The notes beneath the pieces are model-generated. The model did no database searches. It was not told where the DNA came from and saw only the letters and a program-made list of their open reading frames with translations. The position numbers and the translations under genes were made by a program. A stretch of 64,000 bases of DNA from Mobula hypostoma (taxonomy: Eukaryota): contig NC_086107.1 of NCBI RefSeq assembly GCF_963921235.1, positions 112,780,001-112,844,000 of the forward strand, written 5' to 3'. Below are positions 1 through 12,017 of this stretch, piece by piece; the first letter of the stretch is position 1, and each line of letters opens with the position of its first letter.

Positions 1-1355
1 TCTTCCAGACTCTGAACTGTTTCAAAAATGATCGCTGGTAATAAAAGCAGGCTTAGTGGGGAAAAAAGAACAACTCAGTCCATTGTCACATTTCATTCCC
101 ATAATATTAAGTATTCATGCATAACAGCAAGCACTGTGGAACTCATGCTGGCTGCCAGTAGAGAGAAAGAGAGACAGAGAGAGAGGGGGGCAAAAAAGTG
201 TAAGCGTCTGTAGAATGGGATTTGCAGGTGACGATGACAAGGGGCAGTAGTTGCATAGAGCAGAGTGTTTTCAAAAACTACTAACGGATGATGCGCGTTT
301 CAGAGGGAGGAGCAGAAGGGAACAGTTTCAGGAAGTTCCAGTCTTTTTGCATGTACAATACCTTAAGCAAAAGGTTAAATAAAAAAAATGCCCACCCATT
401 AACTTTCGATGGTGACATTGAAACAGCAAATTTAACATAAGAGACCACTGACTAACTTGGTCGTACAGGTATTTCTATCCAGCTCTAAGAAAGAGTTATA
501 TACAGATACATTTTACAATTACTTCATACATTTTTTTTAATATAAGAAATGACTATATCGATTAACAGCGAGATGGGACATCAAGTCTTTTGGTATTCGG
601 GCATCACCTCCTTTTGAGGTCTGTAAAGACAGCGAGAAAGTGAAAATGGTGAGGCACCCTGCATCTACTGGACACCGTCTGCTCAGAATCCTCCCGTTCT
701 CTGACAGCAGTCACTCCCCACTGGAGATTAGGCATTAAGCAGTATAGCCTGCCTATATCTCCATTGACAACCTTGTTAGGACATTCAGCTGTGGGGTAGT
801 GGGAGTCACCAAGCACTTCAAAAGGGGCACACTGCCCAATCCCCATTTCTGAAGGGAGCTGCCATCTTGTCACATCCTGGTCTGTACCTGGGTCGCCGCA
901 GTACAGTGTGCATACAGGAGCAGGGAGGAGCCATCATTCTCACTCTGAGATTAATGATCATCTGACTCTCCCTGCTTCAGCAAAGATTTACAATCTTTAA
1001 ATGCCCCTCATCACCTTGACTGAGATGTACCACAGGACGCAGTTATGCCAGGGGGTCACGTCGACTTCACTGTAGCCTGATGCCAACTCTGCCCACCTAC
1101 TGCACAGTCTGATGCCTCGTGTACCAAAGAACTTTCCAAATCCCTCCACAATAGCAACAGAAGGAAAACCTCCACAAAACAATCACGTAAACATATACTG
1201 TAGTTAAGAGGACGTCACATGATACTTGAAGATTTCACTGGACGTGGCATGGATATAAGACCTTCATGCACCCGTGCACACACACGTACGCACACTCACT
1301 CCCAGACTCACACAGACACAGTATAGTGTAAGAGATCGATTACATGGAGGAGACT
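1..1355 (-). other. Probable 3' UTR of AP2A1 (true end unknown)
   Basis: Follows the stop codon and lacks the transposon families that fill the introns; candidate ATTAAA at 541-536 on the minus strand. Confidence 0.6.
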
Positions 1356-1433
1356 TTAGAACTGTTGAGACAGTAAACCACATAGTCGTTTCGACACAGT
1401 CTCCTTGCTTGTGCGTAGTGTGAGGCGGTACAT
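1356..1433 (-). CDS. AP2A1: Last coding exon, [25 protein letters not shown]
   Basis: CT-rich tract, cacag acceptor; TAA stop at 1358-1356; conserved alpha-adaptin C-terminus. Confidence 0.96.
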   Translation of the reverse strand: MYRLTLRTSKETVSKRLCGLLSQQF

Positions 1434-2458
1434 CTGTGGATGAAGAGAGAGAAAGAGAGAGAAGTGAGAGGTTACAGAGCAAAGCAGTTCCAGCCAGCAA
1501 CTCCTAACCATGGGGGAACAGGACAAAGGTGGTCGTGCAGTATAAACCCACTAAAAATGTCAGGGCAATGGGCACTCCTCACCCACTGAAACCCATCCAC
1601 TGGGGTCCTCATTTTTACCCAACACCTATTCTAACATAAAGATAAACAGTCTCTCAATCTACCTCATCACGGGCTTTGCATTTTGTTACTTTCTCCGCAA
1701 CTATAAAACTATTAGCTTCTCTTTCTATTCCTGCTTTGGTTCTAGCTCAGCGTATTTCAAAATGGAACGATTTGTCTTGTCTTAAAGACAACATTAGCTT
1801 CATTTGTTACATGTGCATCGAAAGAGTGAAATGCTCCATTTGCATCAACATCAACAGCCACAGCCTGGGGGCAGCCCGCAGGCATTGCCACGCTTCCAGC
1901 ACCAACAGAGCATGCCCACAACTCACTAACCCCTATGTGTACGTCTTGGGAACGTAGAAGGATACTGGAACATCCGGAGGAAACTTGCACAGTCACAGGG
2001 AGAACACACGACAGCAGTGGGAATCGAGCCTGGGTCATCGGCACTGTAATGCATTACACTAACCGCTATCTCTCAATCTAGCTCGTCATGGCTTTTGTAT
2101 TTTGTCTACCTGCACTGCACTCTCTCTGTAATTATAACACTGCATTCTTCCTTTGGTTCTACCTCAATGCACTTGAACATCAAACAAAAGCTTTTCACTA
2201 TATTTTGGTCCACGTGACAGTAACGAACCAGTTTCCAGCTCCACTGCATGCTCTGCTGATGCAGAGGAAGCAGCCGAGAACCACTTCGGGCACCACCACT
2301 GGACACCTGCAGGCTGTCCTCTGATCGGGCCCAAGTGTCTGCTCAAACTCAGACAACAGAGGTCACCTAGTGAGCTCTCATTCTCAAATGACGCACGGGC
2401 GGTAAGCTGATCCGAAGCAGCCGCGGCTCTAAATAACTCAGCGCTAAATGTCACAAAC

Positions 2459-2593
2459 CTGTGCCTGACTGTTGGGTTCCAGCCGCAACAAGCACCCAAC
2501 CTGGATGGATTTTGTGTGAATGATTCCTGCACCAACGAAGTTGTCATGGTTGGGGTCGACGTCCTGCAGCAGAGCTGTGCCGAACCCTATCAA
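2459..2593 (-). CDS. AP2A1: AP-2 alpha exon (~23), [45 protein letters not shown]
   Basis: ctgtag / gtttgt; 135 nt, phase 0-0. Confidence 0.96.
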
Positions 2594-2728
2594 CTACAGA
2601 AAGAATGGAAAAAGCAGAAAACAAACTGAGAGAAGTGCCCCAGCGGAGGTCACTCACTGAGCTTATCCCACAGGTTCCCATTTACTGAGTGTCTGAGGTG
2701 GTTTCAGGCTGTGGGCTGCTGTCTGGTG

Positions 2729-3001
2729 TTTATTTATCTATCTACAGGCACAGTGTGGAATAGGTCCTTCCAGCCCTTTGAGCCACGCCACCAAGCAACC
2801 CCCGATTTAACCCTGGCCCAATCCCGGGACAACTTACAATGACCAATTAACCTGCTAACCTGTACATCTTTGGGCCACGGAAGGAAACCCACGCATTGCA
2901 CGAGGAGGGTGTATAAACTCCTTACAGAGGACGCTGGGATTGAACTCTGAAGCCCCGAGCTGTAATAGCGTTGCACTAACCGTTATGCTACCATGGTGAC
3001 C
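2729..3001 (-). mobile_element. V-SINE
   Basis: Same family. Further copies at ~1845-2070(-), 4030-4232(-), 12271-12490(+), 23133-23408(-), 25452-25720(-), 34520-34778(-), 35677-35998(+), 47630-47918(-), 51300-51427(+) and 55533-55832(+). Confidence 0.8.
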
Positions 3002-3398
3002 AAACTACCAATGTTACAACACAATCTTATGATGCAACCCACCATGCGAACTCCTTTCCCTAAAACTCCCTTCTAGAAAGTGCTATAGGCTATGAAAAAA
3101 AACACTTCACACCAACTTAAATGATTCCTCCCTCAGGTAGTTAATTTGATCAGCCATTCACGTTAGACCCCCCCCCCCCACATCTATCTAGAACCTCAAG
3201 TCACTGCACTTTACAGAACGATAAATCACTTTTTCTAAAGCTGTTTACACCGTAAATACATGCTGGTATTTATCTATTTATTACCATATCCATACTTTAA
3301 CCTCTATATTTTATATAAATGTTTATTCTTTATAATTACAGAATGTTGGCGACTTTTTGTTGCATGTTGGGCCAACACATCACAGCAAATTCCGAATT

Positions 3399-4269
3399 CA
3401 GTGGATTCTGGTTAATTGGGACAACTCTTAGAGAACAAAAACTAACCGAGGAAATAGCTGAGATTTCCTTCATTTATTTGGGACAGGAGATTGCTACCGA
3501 ACAGTTTCTAACCAGCATCAGTTGCGTGCACTTGTGTGGTTGTTAGACACTACTTAAAACACTTTGTAAAAAGCGTGATTTGCTTTTGCTCGTGTTATGT
3601 TATCCATTTGGGCGGACGGAAGCAGAATAAAAAAAAAGCAGTGATTTTTGATCATTTTGTTTTTTTTTTATTCTGACTTAAAAAAATTTCAGACCCTTCC
3701 AAGATGCCGCAAAAAGATTTGACTCCAGCCAAAAAAATTAACTTACTGGACCACATTAAAAGCCAGGTGCATGTGCTGATTTTGTTCATTTACAGTCAAA
3801 CAAAAGAACATGACAGTGTACAATGGATGAATTCCTCTGTCGATAACTATTAGGAACTAATACAGTTTTATAGTACTCTGGTAATATTGGTAGTGTTCTA
3901 ATTTGTTCTGTATTTAATTAAATTTGTTACTTAGTTAAATGGTAGTTTGTCTTTTTTTAAAAAATATACATTTTAAGCTATTTCCATGAAACTTTGGCTA
4001 ATTGGTACAGCCACTTAATTGGGCCAAAATTTATTTATTTATTGAGACACAGTGCGGAATAGGCCTTAGTCCCTTCGAGCTGCATCACCCAACAACCCTG
4101 ATTTAATCCTAGCCCCGTCACAGGACAATTCACGATGGTGAGTTAACCTACTAACCAGTACGTCTTTGGACTGTGGGAGGATGCCAGAGCACACAGAGGA
4201 ATGCCACACAGTCACAGGGGAGAACGTACATACAAGTCCCATTGTGTCCCAAGTTAACCCACATCACTG
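3399..4269 (+). mobile_element. Non-autonomous pogo/Tigger-like DNA transposon with a SINE inside
   Basis: Imperfect TIRs CAGTGGATTCTGGTTAATTGGGACA / TGTCCCAAGTTAACCCACATCACTG-TA; remnant MPQKDLTPAKKINLLDHIK resembles a CENP-B-like N-terminus. Confidence 0.6.
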
Positions 4270-4657
4270 TACACATAGATGTAAATGGCGAATAAAGTTG
4301 ATCCTCAATTGAAAAATAAGACCTGGCTGGTTCATTCCACTGGAAGGTGGGAGTGTTTTAGGAACACCTTAGAGAATAATAGGGCTTTATTCTGCACTTT
4401 ATAGGTTTACCAAACAAATCACGTTAACACCTTTGCACCCCTTGAAAGAGAATTAGACATCAATCTACAAATAGGAACAACAGAAACGCAGAAAGGAAGT
4501 GGTGAATATGGCTTTAGTTGCAGTATTTAAGAGGTGTTTGTAGAAGTACATGGATGAAGGGGTATGGAGGGTTATGGTCCAGGTGCAGGTCACCGGCACT
4601 AGGCAGAATCACAGTTCAGCACGGACTAGATGGGCTGAAGGGCCTGTTTCCGTGCTG

Positions 4658-4951
4658 TTTTATTTTATGTAGCGATACAGCACAGAGTAGGCCTTTCCAG
4701 CCCTTTGAGCCGTGTCGCTATCAATCCCGATTTAACCCAAACCTAATCACAGGACAATTTACAACGACCAATTAACCTACTAACCAGTACGTCTTTGGAC
4801 TGTGGGAGGAAACTGGAGCACCCGGAGAAAACCCATGCAGTCACAGGGAGAACGTACAAACTTTTTAAAGAGGATGTCAGGATTGAACTTCGAGCTCTGA
4901 TAAACGAAGCTGTAACAGCGTCACGCCTGAGGCTGCGCTACCATGGCGCCC
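4658..4951 (-). mobile_element. V-SINE
   Basis: V domain TTTGTACGTTCTCCCTGTGACTGCATGGGTTTTCTCCGGGTGCTCCAGTTTCCTCCCACAGTCCAAAGACGT on the minus strand. Confidence 0.85.
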
Positions 4952-5732
4952 TGAACTACTGACTCTGAAAGCTTGGAAGAATTAATACTGAAATAATTTG
5001 GCTCGGGGAGGAGGCATTGAGATTCTCCAGATTTTAAGGACCGTGGAACACCACAAAACCATAGATGTATCCACAAACTAATTAGTGAGCACAGCCGTAG
5101 GATTACATTAGAACAGGGTTACTTGCTATTTTACATTCAGAACACCATAAAGGAATAAGATATCATATGATCAAGGGTGCTGCTACATTTTTATTTGCAG
5201 GGATTTGGGGACATGGAAGAAATTTAGAGATTGGAGAAGCAGGGAAGGCTTCTTCCTCGTGGATAAAGAAGCAGCTCAAGATCACATCCATGAAGTGAAA
5301 ACGAATATACAGGTGTTGTGAAACTCTGACATGGATGGTCCCAAGCCTGGCTTCAACAGGGGGAGGGTTGGATATGGGGCCAGCAAGCAACTTCATTCTG
5401 TAAAAACACAGAGCTACAGAAATGCCAAAGAAGTTCCAGGGATCTCACTCCTGCAAGAGGGCGAATCTTTGCCTGGAAGATGTATTAAGTGGTGTGGTGA
5501 AAGCCGATCACCACTATTCTTCCATACACACTGCTGCCTAGGAGGATAGGAGCCTTAAGGAGTCATTGAGCACCACCCTGTCCGTGCCAACTATAGACTA
5601 CCAATCCCTTTCACCTGCATTTGGTCTGTCACCTTCCACGACTTTCCTGGTTGGCACAGTTTGTTCTCTTAGTCTGCCTGCAAAGATGAGGAATTTTTTT
5701 TTGGATTCATGGATGGAGAGAAGAAATCTTAC

Positions 5733-5802
5733 CTTGGCCTTGGTGACCTCTGTGTCCATGGGGTGATTAGCTTTGAATATCTTCTGAGCTTCCTGCTGGG
5801 GA
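5733..5802 (-). CDS. AP2A1: AP-2 alpha exon (~22), [24 protein letters not shown]
   Basis: cttag / gtaaga; 70 nt, phase 2-0; [10 protein letters not shown] is AP2A1-type. Confidence 0.96.
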
Positions 5803-6098
5803 CTAAGCGACAAAATGTTCTATAAATAACACAGGCTGCCTGCAACACCATGGGCTGAAGGCCCCTACTTTGCCGTACTGTTCTATGTCCTTGCCAGTAT
5901 TGAATTGTTTATTCAGGTCAGAGCAGTAACAATATAAAAGAGCCATGCCATCTAAAAACATTTCCCACGCACAAACTCTCCATTCCTGCTATATATAAAA
6001 TAACAACATTTCATGATGACACATGCCAGTGATATTAAACTTGATTCTGTTTCTGAACAGATATAAACTAATTTGAATCCAAATGATTCTTCCTGTAC

Positions 6099-6215
6099 CT
6101 GCTGAGCTGTCTCCAACGCTGAAAGAAATCTTCGGATGCCATCTCTGTTGGCTGGAAAAACTTGTTGACAGTTATGGGCAGTTTTAGGGTGATATTTTGC
6201 AAGGTTCCACCATAC
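6099..6215 (-). CDS. AP2A1: AP-2 alpha exon (~21), [39 protein letters not shown]
   Basis: ggtag / gtacag; 117 nt, phase 2-2. Confidence 0.96.
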
Positions 6216-6479
6216 CTACCAAAGGAAAAGGATTTCAACAATGACAATAATGTACAAATTAGTGTCATGAAAGACTTCAGGGAAATGGGACTCATAACTG
6301 GGTTAAGTGTCGTCATTCTCCTCTCAGGCCTGGGTTCAAAGTCTGTTGCAGAGAACTTTACACCTTCTTACAGGGGTGAAATGTGAGAGCCAAGCTAAAT
6401 ATAGTGAACAGATAAGGGAACCAGAAAGGAAAATAACAAGGAAAGGAAAAGAGAAGTGAACAGCTGTTAGCATAAAAAC

Positions 6480-7130
6480 AAATTCTGATAAGCATTTAAG
6501 GCAAAGATCAGGAGCAGGTACTAGTGAAGAAATAGCAGATGGCATTTAACCAGGACACACGTGAAGTGTTGCACTTTGGTCAGGTCAAACATAAAGTGAC
6601 AGTACACTGTTAAGGGCAAAATCCTTAGTAAGTGTTGATGAACAGAGGGATCTTGGGGTCCAAGTTCATAGTGATTACACAGGTTGATAGGATGTTCCAT
6701 AAGGCATGTTGCCTCTATTAATCAAGGCACCGAGTTCAAAGGTCAGGAGGTTATATTGTAGCTTTATAAAACTCTGGTTGGGCCACATCTGGAACATTGT
6801 GTACAAATCTAGTCGCCTCATTCCAGGAAGGATGTTGAGGCTTTGGACAGGGGGCAGAAGAGGTTTACCAGGATGCTGCCTGGTTTAGAGGGCGTATGCT
6901 GGATAAACTTGGGTTGTTTTCTTTGGAGCGGCAGAGCCTGAGGGGAGATCTGATAGAGGTTTACAAGATTACGAGGGATATAGGAGTAGACAGTATCTTT
7001 TTCCCAGGGTTGAAATCTCTAATACCAGATTCACGGAAGGCTACGGAGCAAGTGCAGGTAAATGGGGTTAGTGCAGATGGATACTTGATGTTTGCAATGC
7101 ATGAGGTGTGTTTCTATGCTGTACAACTGT
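6480..7130 (+). mobile_element. Degraded CR1 LINE 3' fragment
   Basis: LGLFSLERQSLRGDLIEVYKI. Confidence 0.85.
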
Positions 7131-8253
7131 GTCTTCTAGTCATACAAGTAGTGTGTAGTAAGAGGAGCAGGGCTGGCTGAGTGCAAAGGAGGTGATGCTA
7201 GCATAGCTGCAATACTAACTGAGTTCTTTGTCTTTACCAAGAAGGAAGATTGTGGCAAAACATCATGATCAGGGGAGGTAGGAGAATTAATGGGCAATTG
7301 AAACTTGAGACACGAGAGACACACACAAAATGCTGGAGGAACTCAACAGGTTAGGCAGCATCTATGGAGAGGAATAAACAGCTGGATGAAGGGTCTTTAC
7401 CTGAAACGCAGACTGTATATTTCCCTCAGCAACCCCAGATGCTGCCTGACCTGCATTTTGTGTTGATAAGGAGAGAAAACGAAAGGGCGGCTGCAATTAA
7501 GAATGAAAGAAGTCATCAAGTACAGAAGGGTTTTATCCCAGATTGGTTGGAGATGTGTGGCTGGATGTTGCTGCTGGCTCTCCTTGATGCTCCAATGCTC
7601 GTCCACACAGGGGACAAACCTTAAGTTCTCTTTCAGAGAAAGTTCAGCAGGAACTCAGGGGTTCACAGACAAACCGATATTTATTGCCACTGCCAATTCC
7701 CCTGAGAAGGCACCTGCTTGAACTCTGCAGACAACTGATGGGAGTATACCATCAATGCTGGTGGGCAAGTGATTAATGGATGGAGACCTAGTGATCACGA
7801 AGGGCCAGTGGTACTTTCCCCAAATTGGGATGGTGTGGGACGAAGAGGAACCTGCAAGTGGTAGTGCCTGAACCGTATCAGATCGATTGTGAGATCGTGG
7901 CAAGTACACATGGGGTTGATTGATTGTGCAGTGAATCGACTGGGGTTCCTACTCTCTCTTTTTGTGTGGGGTTTCCTGCATGCACGTTTTTGTTTCAGTG
8001 GGCCTGGTTGCTGCCCAGGATGTACAGTGGACAACAGGACTCACTAAAATTATTTAAACCTACAGGTCTGTTTGTCATTCATGCTCCGCACTTATATAAC
8101 AGTGACCCCATTAGGCACCAGGCATCCACAGGCTAGTAAATTCAAACTTCAGGTGAAACTCACAGAAGCAAATAATAAGGAAAAAACATGAAAAGGGTCC
8201 GAAGAACTTGGGCTGATAAAGGTAAGCAGGCAGGGATTGATCCACAAAGGCAA

Positions 8254-8537
8254 GGGCACCATTGTAGCGCAGCGGTTAGTGTGACACTATTACAGCCGTT
8301 GGAGTTCAGAAGTTCAATTCCACACAGTTGGTAAGCAGTTTGTATGTCCTCCCCAAACAAACCGTGTGTGTTTTCTCCAGCTGCTCCAGTGTCCTCCCAC
8401 AGTCAAAGACGTACCAGTTAGTGGGTTAATTGGTCATTGTAGATTGTCCTGTGATTAGTCTAGGGTTAAACAGGTGGGTTGCTGGACAGTGTGGCTCATT
8501 GGGCCTGTTCCGTGCTGTATCTCTAAACAAATAAATA
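8254..8537 (+). mobile_element. V-SINE (HE1-like, tRNA-derived), full length
   Basis: tRNA-like head, V-domain-like TTTGTATGTCCTCCCC...CTCCCACAGTC, CR1-like tail ending AAATAAATAA. Confidence 0.8.
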
Positions 8538-8977
8538 ACGTTTCAAACAGGCTGAATGGCATTCAATGAACTAACAGCTCTATAATTGTAATGAGGAAAG
8601 TGCTACAGCTACACGGTATAGTTAATAACAGTGGAAATGACCCACATATGCTTTGCTAATCCAGTGAACACCTTGATGGGAACTTACAGAGCACAATTAG
8701 TTTTATTCTGGGTCATTAGAATATTCTACCTTGTTCAATTTCCAATTTGTTTGCTGCCCAGTTGAATAGCAAATATGGCACAAGGCTGCGGAAGGCTTGA
8801 CTAAGCCTGAATGATTCTTGTCGTGGAGAGAGGGAATGTCATCCACTAGGTTGCAGAGTGTGGTGGGTGCATGGGTGGAACAGAGTGAGGAGAGCAGGGG
8901 AGAAAGCAGCAGAGGGAAAGAGAAAGCAAGAGGTTTTACACAACAGCGAGAAGTTGGTAACGTGAAGAACCCAGTAC

Positions 8978-9101
8978 CTGAACTGAATGTTGAGCAATGG
9001 GGCTTCGGTGAAATCAGATAAGCACTCGATGTTAATCACTTGCTGAACCTGTGCTCCACCTTCCACAATGGGCTCCACGGGTTTAGCCTGAAGATTCAGC
9101 T
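8978..9101 (-). CDS. AP2A1: AP-2 alpha ear exon (~20), [41 protein letters not shown]
   Basis: AC acceptor of the U12 intron / gtactg donor; 124 nt, phase 1-2. Confidence 0.95.
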
Positions 9102-9299
9102 GTGACAAGTGTTAAGGAACATATCATGGCATCTACAATGAAGCATGCACTCGCTGTATGTTCTCCCAATTCATTTCTAAGAGGACTCAATGGATACAGT
9201 TCAAACATTAAGGACCCTCAGCGTCTAGAAGATTTAGTCTTCTCATTGCTACTATCAGGGAGAAGAAGCCTGAAGAGACACCCAACGTTTTAGGAACAG

Positions 9300-9710
9300 A
9301 TAAACTGTTTATGGGAACACAAGTTGGTGGTATGGAGACATGATCCACTGTTGCTGATCTGGGTACCCGAAGACTGAGAAGGATGCCACTTCAACTGGGA
9401 CAGCGCAGCAGTTCTGGCGCAGGCATACGTGAAGCAGGCACGAGAATCTTTAGAAGTGTGGTTCTCTTCTGATAACTCCATAAACAAACATATCGATATA
9501 GACGCCATCTATGAAAGGGCTAAAGTAACACGAGCCAATAGAATTCAGAAGGTCAACTGACAGGATAGCCAGTCAGGATAGAGACAAGTGAGCAGAGGTC
9601 TATATAAACACGAGCACTCCCAGAGAGAAACAACAGCAACTGTGCACAGAGGATGCCACCTTGACTGGTGGTGAAACGTCTGCAAAGCTAATTGCCGCAA
9701 CGTCAAACAG
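9300..9710 (+). mobile_element. Penelope-like element 3' fragment (family 2) inserted in a Rex1 remnant
   Basis: Translates HFNWDSAAVLAQAYVKQARESLEVWFSSDNSINKHIDIDAIYE (GIY-YIG C-terminal pattern); AACAG repeated at both junctions. Confidence 0.75.
9643..9684 (+). ncRNA. Minimal type I hammerhead motif (PLE family 2), one core substitution
   Basis: UGCA-CAGAGGA-U-GCCACC-UUGACU-GGUGGU-GAAA-CGUC|UGCA; stems I and II pair; CUGA changed to CAGA. Confidence 0.65.
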
Positions 9711-10856
9711 CTTCATCCCCTCCATCAGATTTCCAAAAAGTCCATGAGCCAATGAACACTAGCTCATTATTTTTGCTTTCTTTTTGTACTAATTTTTTGT
9801 ATTTCTTATTGTGACTTAGAGCATTTTTAAGTACTGCACTGCTGCTACAAAAGTTCATGACACATATCAGTGATAATAAACTTGATTCTGATTAGACTCC
9901 TGACACTACATGACTGTATAAAGAGCATCACTGATCACCACAGCTAGACTCCGAGTCCACGGAAATCTACAGTCAACCATAATAGAGCTTGCCTTCTGCC
10001 CAGCAAACACTGGGGCAGCATCAACTCCAACCTGGACACTGTGCCACACTGCCCCGGTGGAGCACAGCGGCTCTGCCACCTCCCCCCTGGCAGTTGTAAG
10101 TAGGCGACACTGCTGCTTCAGACCTACATTTTGCTACAAGCAAGGCTATGCAGCTCCCCGCCATCTGCCAAAAAAAGCAGTGAATCGGGCTTGCAGCATT
10201 CTACATTAACAATGTCAAAAAGGGTCTTGCGATGACAAGAAAAGCGACTAAGACGGTTACTCGTTATTGGAATGCACGCCTCCTTCACTCACCGACTCCT
10301 CCGAAGCCTCACTGATGCGTGCTGTAGCACGATCTGCACCGTCCATCCTCTTCAGTTTCTCCACCAATGAGCAACTCACTGCTGCGGTCGACCTGCAGTA
10401 CTTTAAGTTTTTGCATATTGCATATTATCTGAAGGTGGTGACAATTGTCCTTGCTTTTCAGTGTGGAAATTGTCCTGTTGGTTGGTTTAAACCAATAGCC
10501 GTCATTTCTATAACGCTTCAAACACGAGTTGCAACAACCGTTTCAGGCAATACATTCAGAATTAAGACTTCTTCTGAAGCCCATCACGCCCCCTGGGGCA
10601 TAGGCTGTTGACAGCAGCCCGCCGGAGTCCTCTGACCTGGGCCGGTAGAAGGCTGATTAGCCGCTGTGGCTTCTGCTTTCACCACACGACTTCATACATC
10701 TCCTAGGCAAAGATTCTTCCTCTCCCAGCGATGAGGCCTTTGGAGCTTCCATTGGCATTTCTGTAGTTCTGCGTCTTTACAGGATAGCCCTAGGCCCAGA
10801 AATGAAACTTGCTGAATTATAACACAAACACGAGGAATGCAGATGCTGGAATTTCA

Positions 10857-11061
10857 AGCAACACACATCAAAGTTGCTGGTGAACGCAGCAGGCCAGGCA
10901 GCATCTCCAGGAAGAGGTACAGTCGACGTTTCAGGACTAACTGAAAGAAGAACTAGTAAGACTTAGTAAGACGAAGGGTCTCGGCCCGAAACGTCGACTG
11001 TACCTCTTCCTAGAGATGCTGCCTGGCCTGCTGCGTTCACCAGCAACTTTTGTGTGTTGCT
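10857..11061. repeat. Fold-back element made of two inverted PLE family-1 termini
   Basis: Near-perfect ~75-bp inverted arms at 10857-10932 and 10988-11061. Similar fold-backs at ~7320-7465, 24048-24243, 30622-30742, 31240-31408, 44445-44625, 48395-48618, 58915-59088 and 60292-60523. Confidence 0.85.
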
Positions 11062-11927
11062 GATTTATAAATTAATTTTTCCTCCTTTGGTAAATTATAT
11101 TCAACTTGACTCTAGTAACTCACCAACTTAACAGTGGGAGCAATTTCTTATCAATTACCTGCTGGAGGAACTCAGCAGGTTGAGGAGTATCAGTAGGAGG
11201 AAAGGAATTATTGACTTTTCAGGTTAAAATTCTGCTTCAGGACCAGTGAATTTCTTATCCTGACAAATCCCATCAAATATCTGGGAGCCTCTTCAGTGTC
11301 TCCTTACCTCATCTGCTCTAGATTCTCCCTACTCTCCACCCAAGAATCTCTTCACTAATCACAGATATTTCTGCCAGTCTTTGTTGATGCATCCATGAGG
11401 TAATATACACTTTTTGTAAATCTCCCTTTTGATCCTTTCACACCCTCTCGGAATAAAAAAGCAATGCGGCAGACTGCAACATCGTAACAGCGACTGCTTG
11501 TTGGTCTCCCCGCTTGCTGCGTAATGGGCGACATCCCTCTGTCCCTTGTTAATGAGAGAGGGAGCCTGTGGCACATCAAATTATCGGGTAAACAATGGTT
11601 TTTGTTGGACTGCAGATCATGGTCTCTCTTTGGGGGCTTTGCTGTTGCTTGCTTGGTGGGTGGTGGGAGCTGCTGAAATGGATGGGGAGGGGGAGGTTGA
11701 TGCTTTATTGCTGCCTGTGTATGGGGGGGGGAGACGGGGCTTAATCTTTTTCTTTCTGTCATTAATTCTGTGGGGTTCCCTTCTGTTTTTGTGGATGTCT
11801 GTGAGGAGTAAGAATTTCAAGTTGTACACTGTATACATTCTCTGATATTAAATGGAACCATTGAATCACCTCAAGTTGAAAACAAATGTACTCCCCTTCG
11901 TTTGCCAAACAAAATCAAAAAGGATAT

Positions 11928-12017
11928 CATTCTGCAGCTCTCCAGGACAGCTAACATTCACTGCGAAGTTGAGGAACTGGACGGATGTCTTGTTCCCAAA
12001 GAACAGGTACATTCGAC
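11928..12017 (-). CDS. AP2A1: AP-2 alpha ear exon (~19), [30 protein letters not shown]
   Basis: tctag acceptor; ends at a U12 donor ATATCCTTT; 90 nt, phase 1-1. Confidence 0.94.

Larger units (their letters stand above)
9102..11927 (-). other. U12-type (minor spliceosome) AT-AC intron, 2826 nt
   Basis: 5' ATATCCTTT (11927-11919), branch point TTCCTTAAC (9119-9111), 3' CAC; only these boundaries keep the reading frame. Confidence 0.95.

Noticed and set aside
9100..9104. Conventional CACAG acceptor for the LNLQAKP exon
   Set aside because: It breaks the frame and there is no matching GT donor upstream; the U12 AT-AC signals fit exactly.
10825..11061. Palindromic repeats as CRISPR repeats, REP elements or miRNA precursors
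   Set aside because: Vertebrate intron context, no repeat-spacer periodicity, no cas genes; the arms are dispersed Penelope-like termini.
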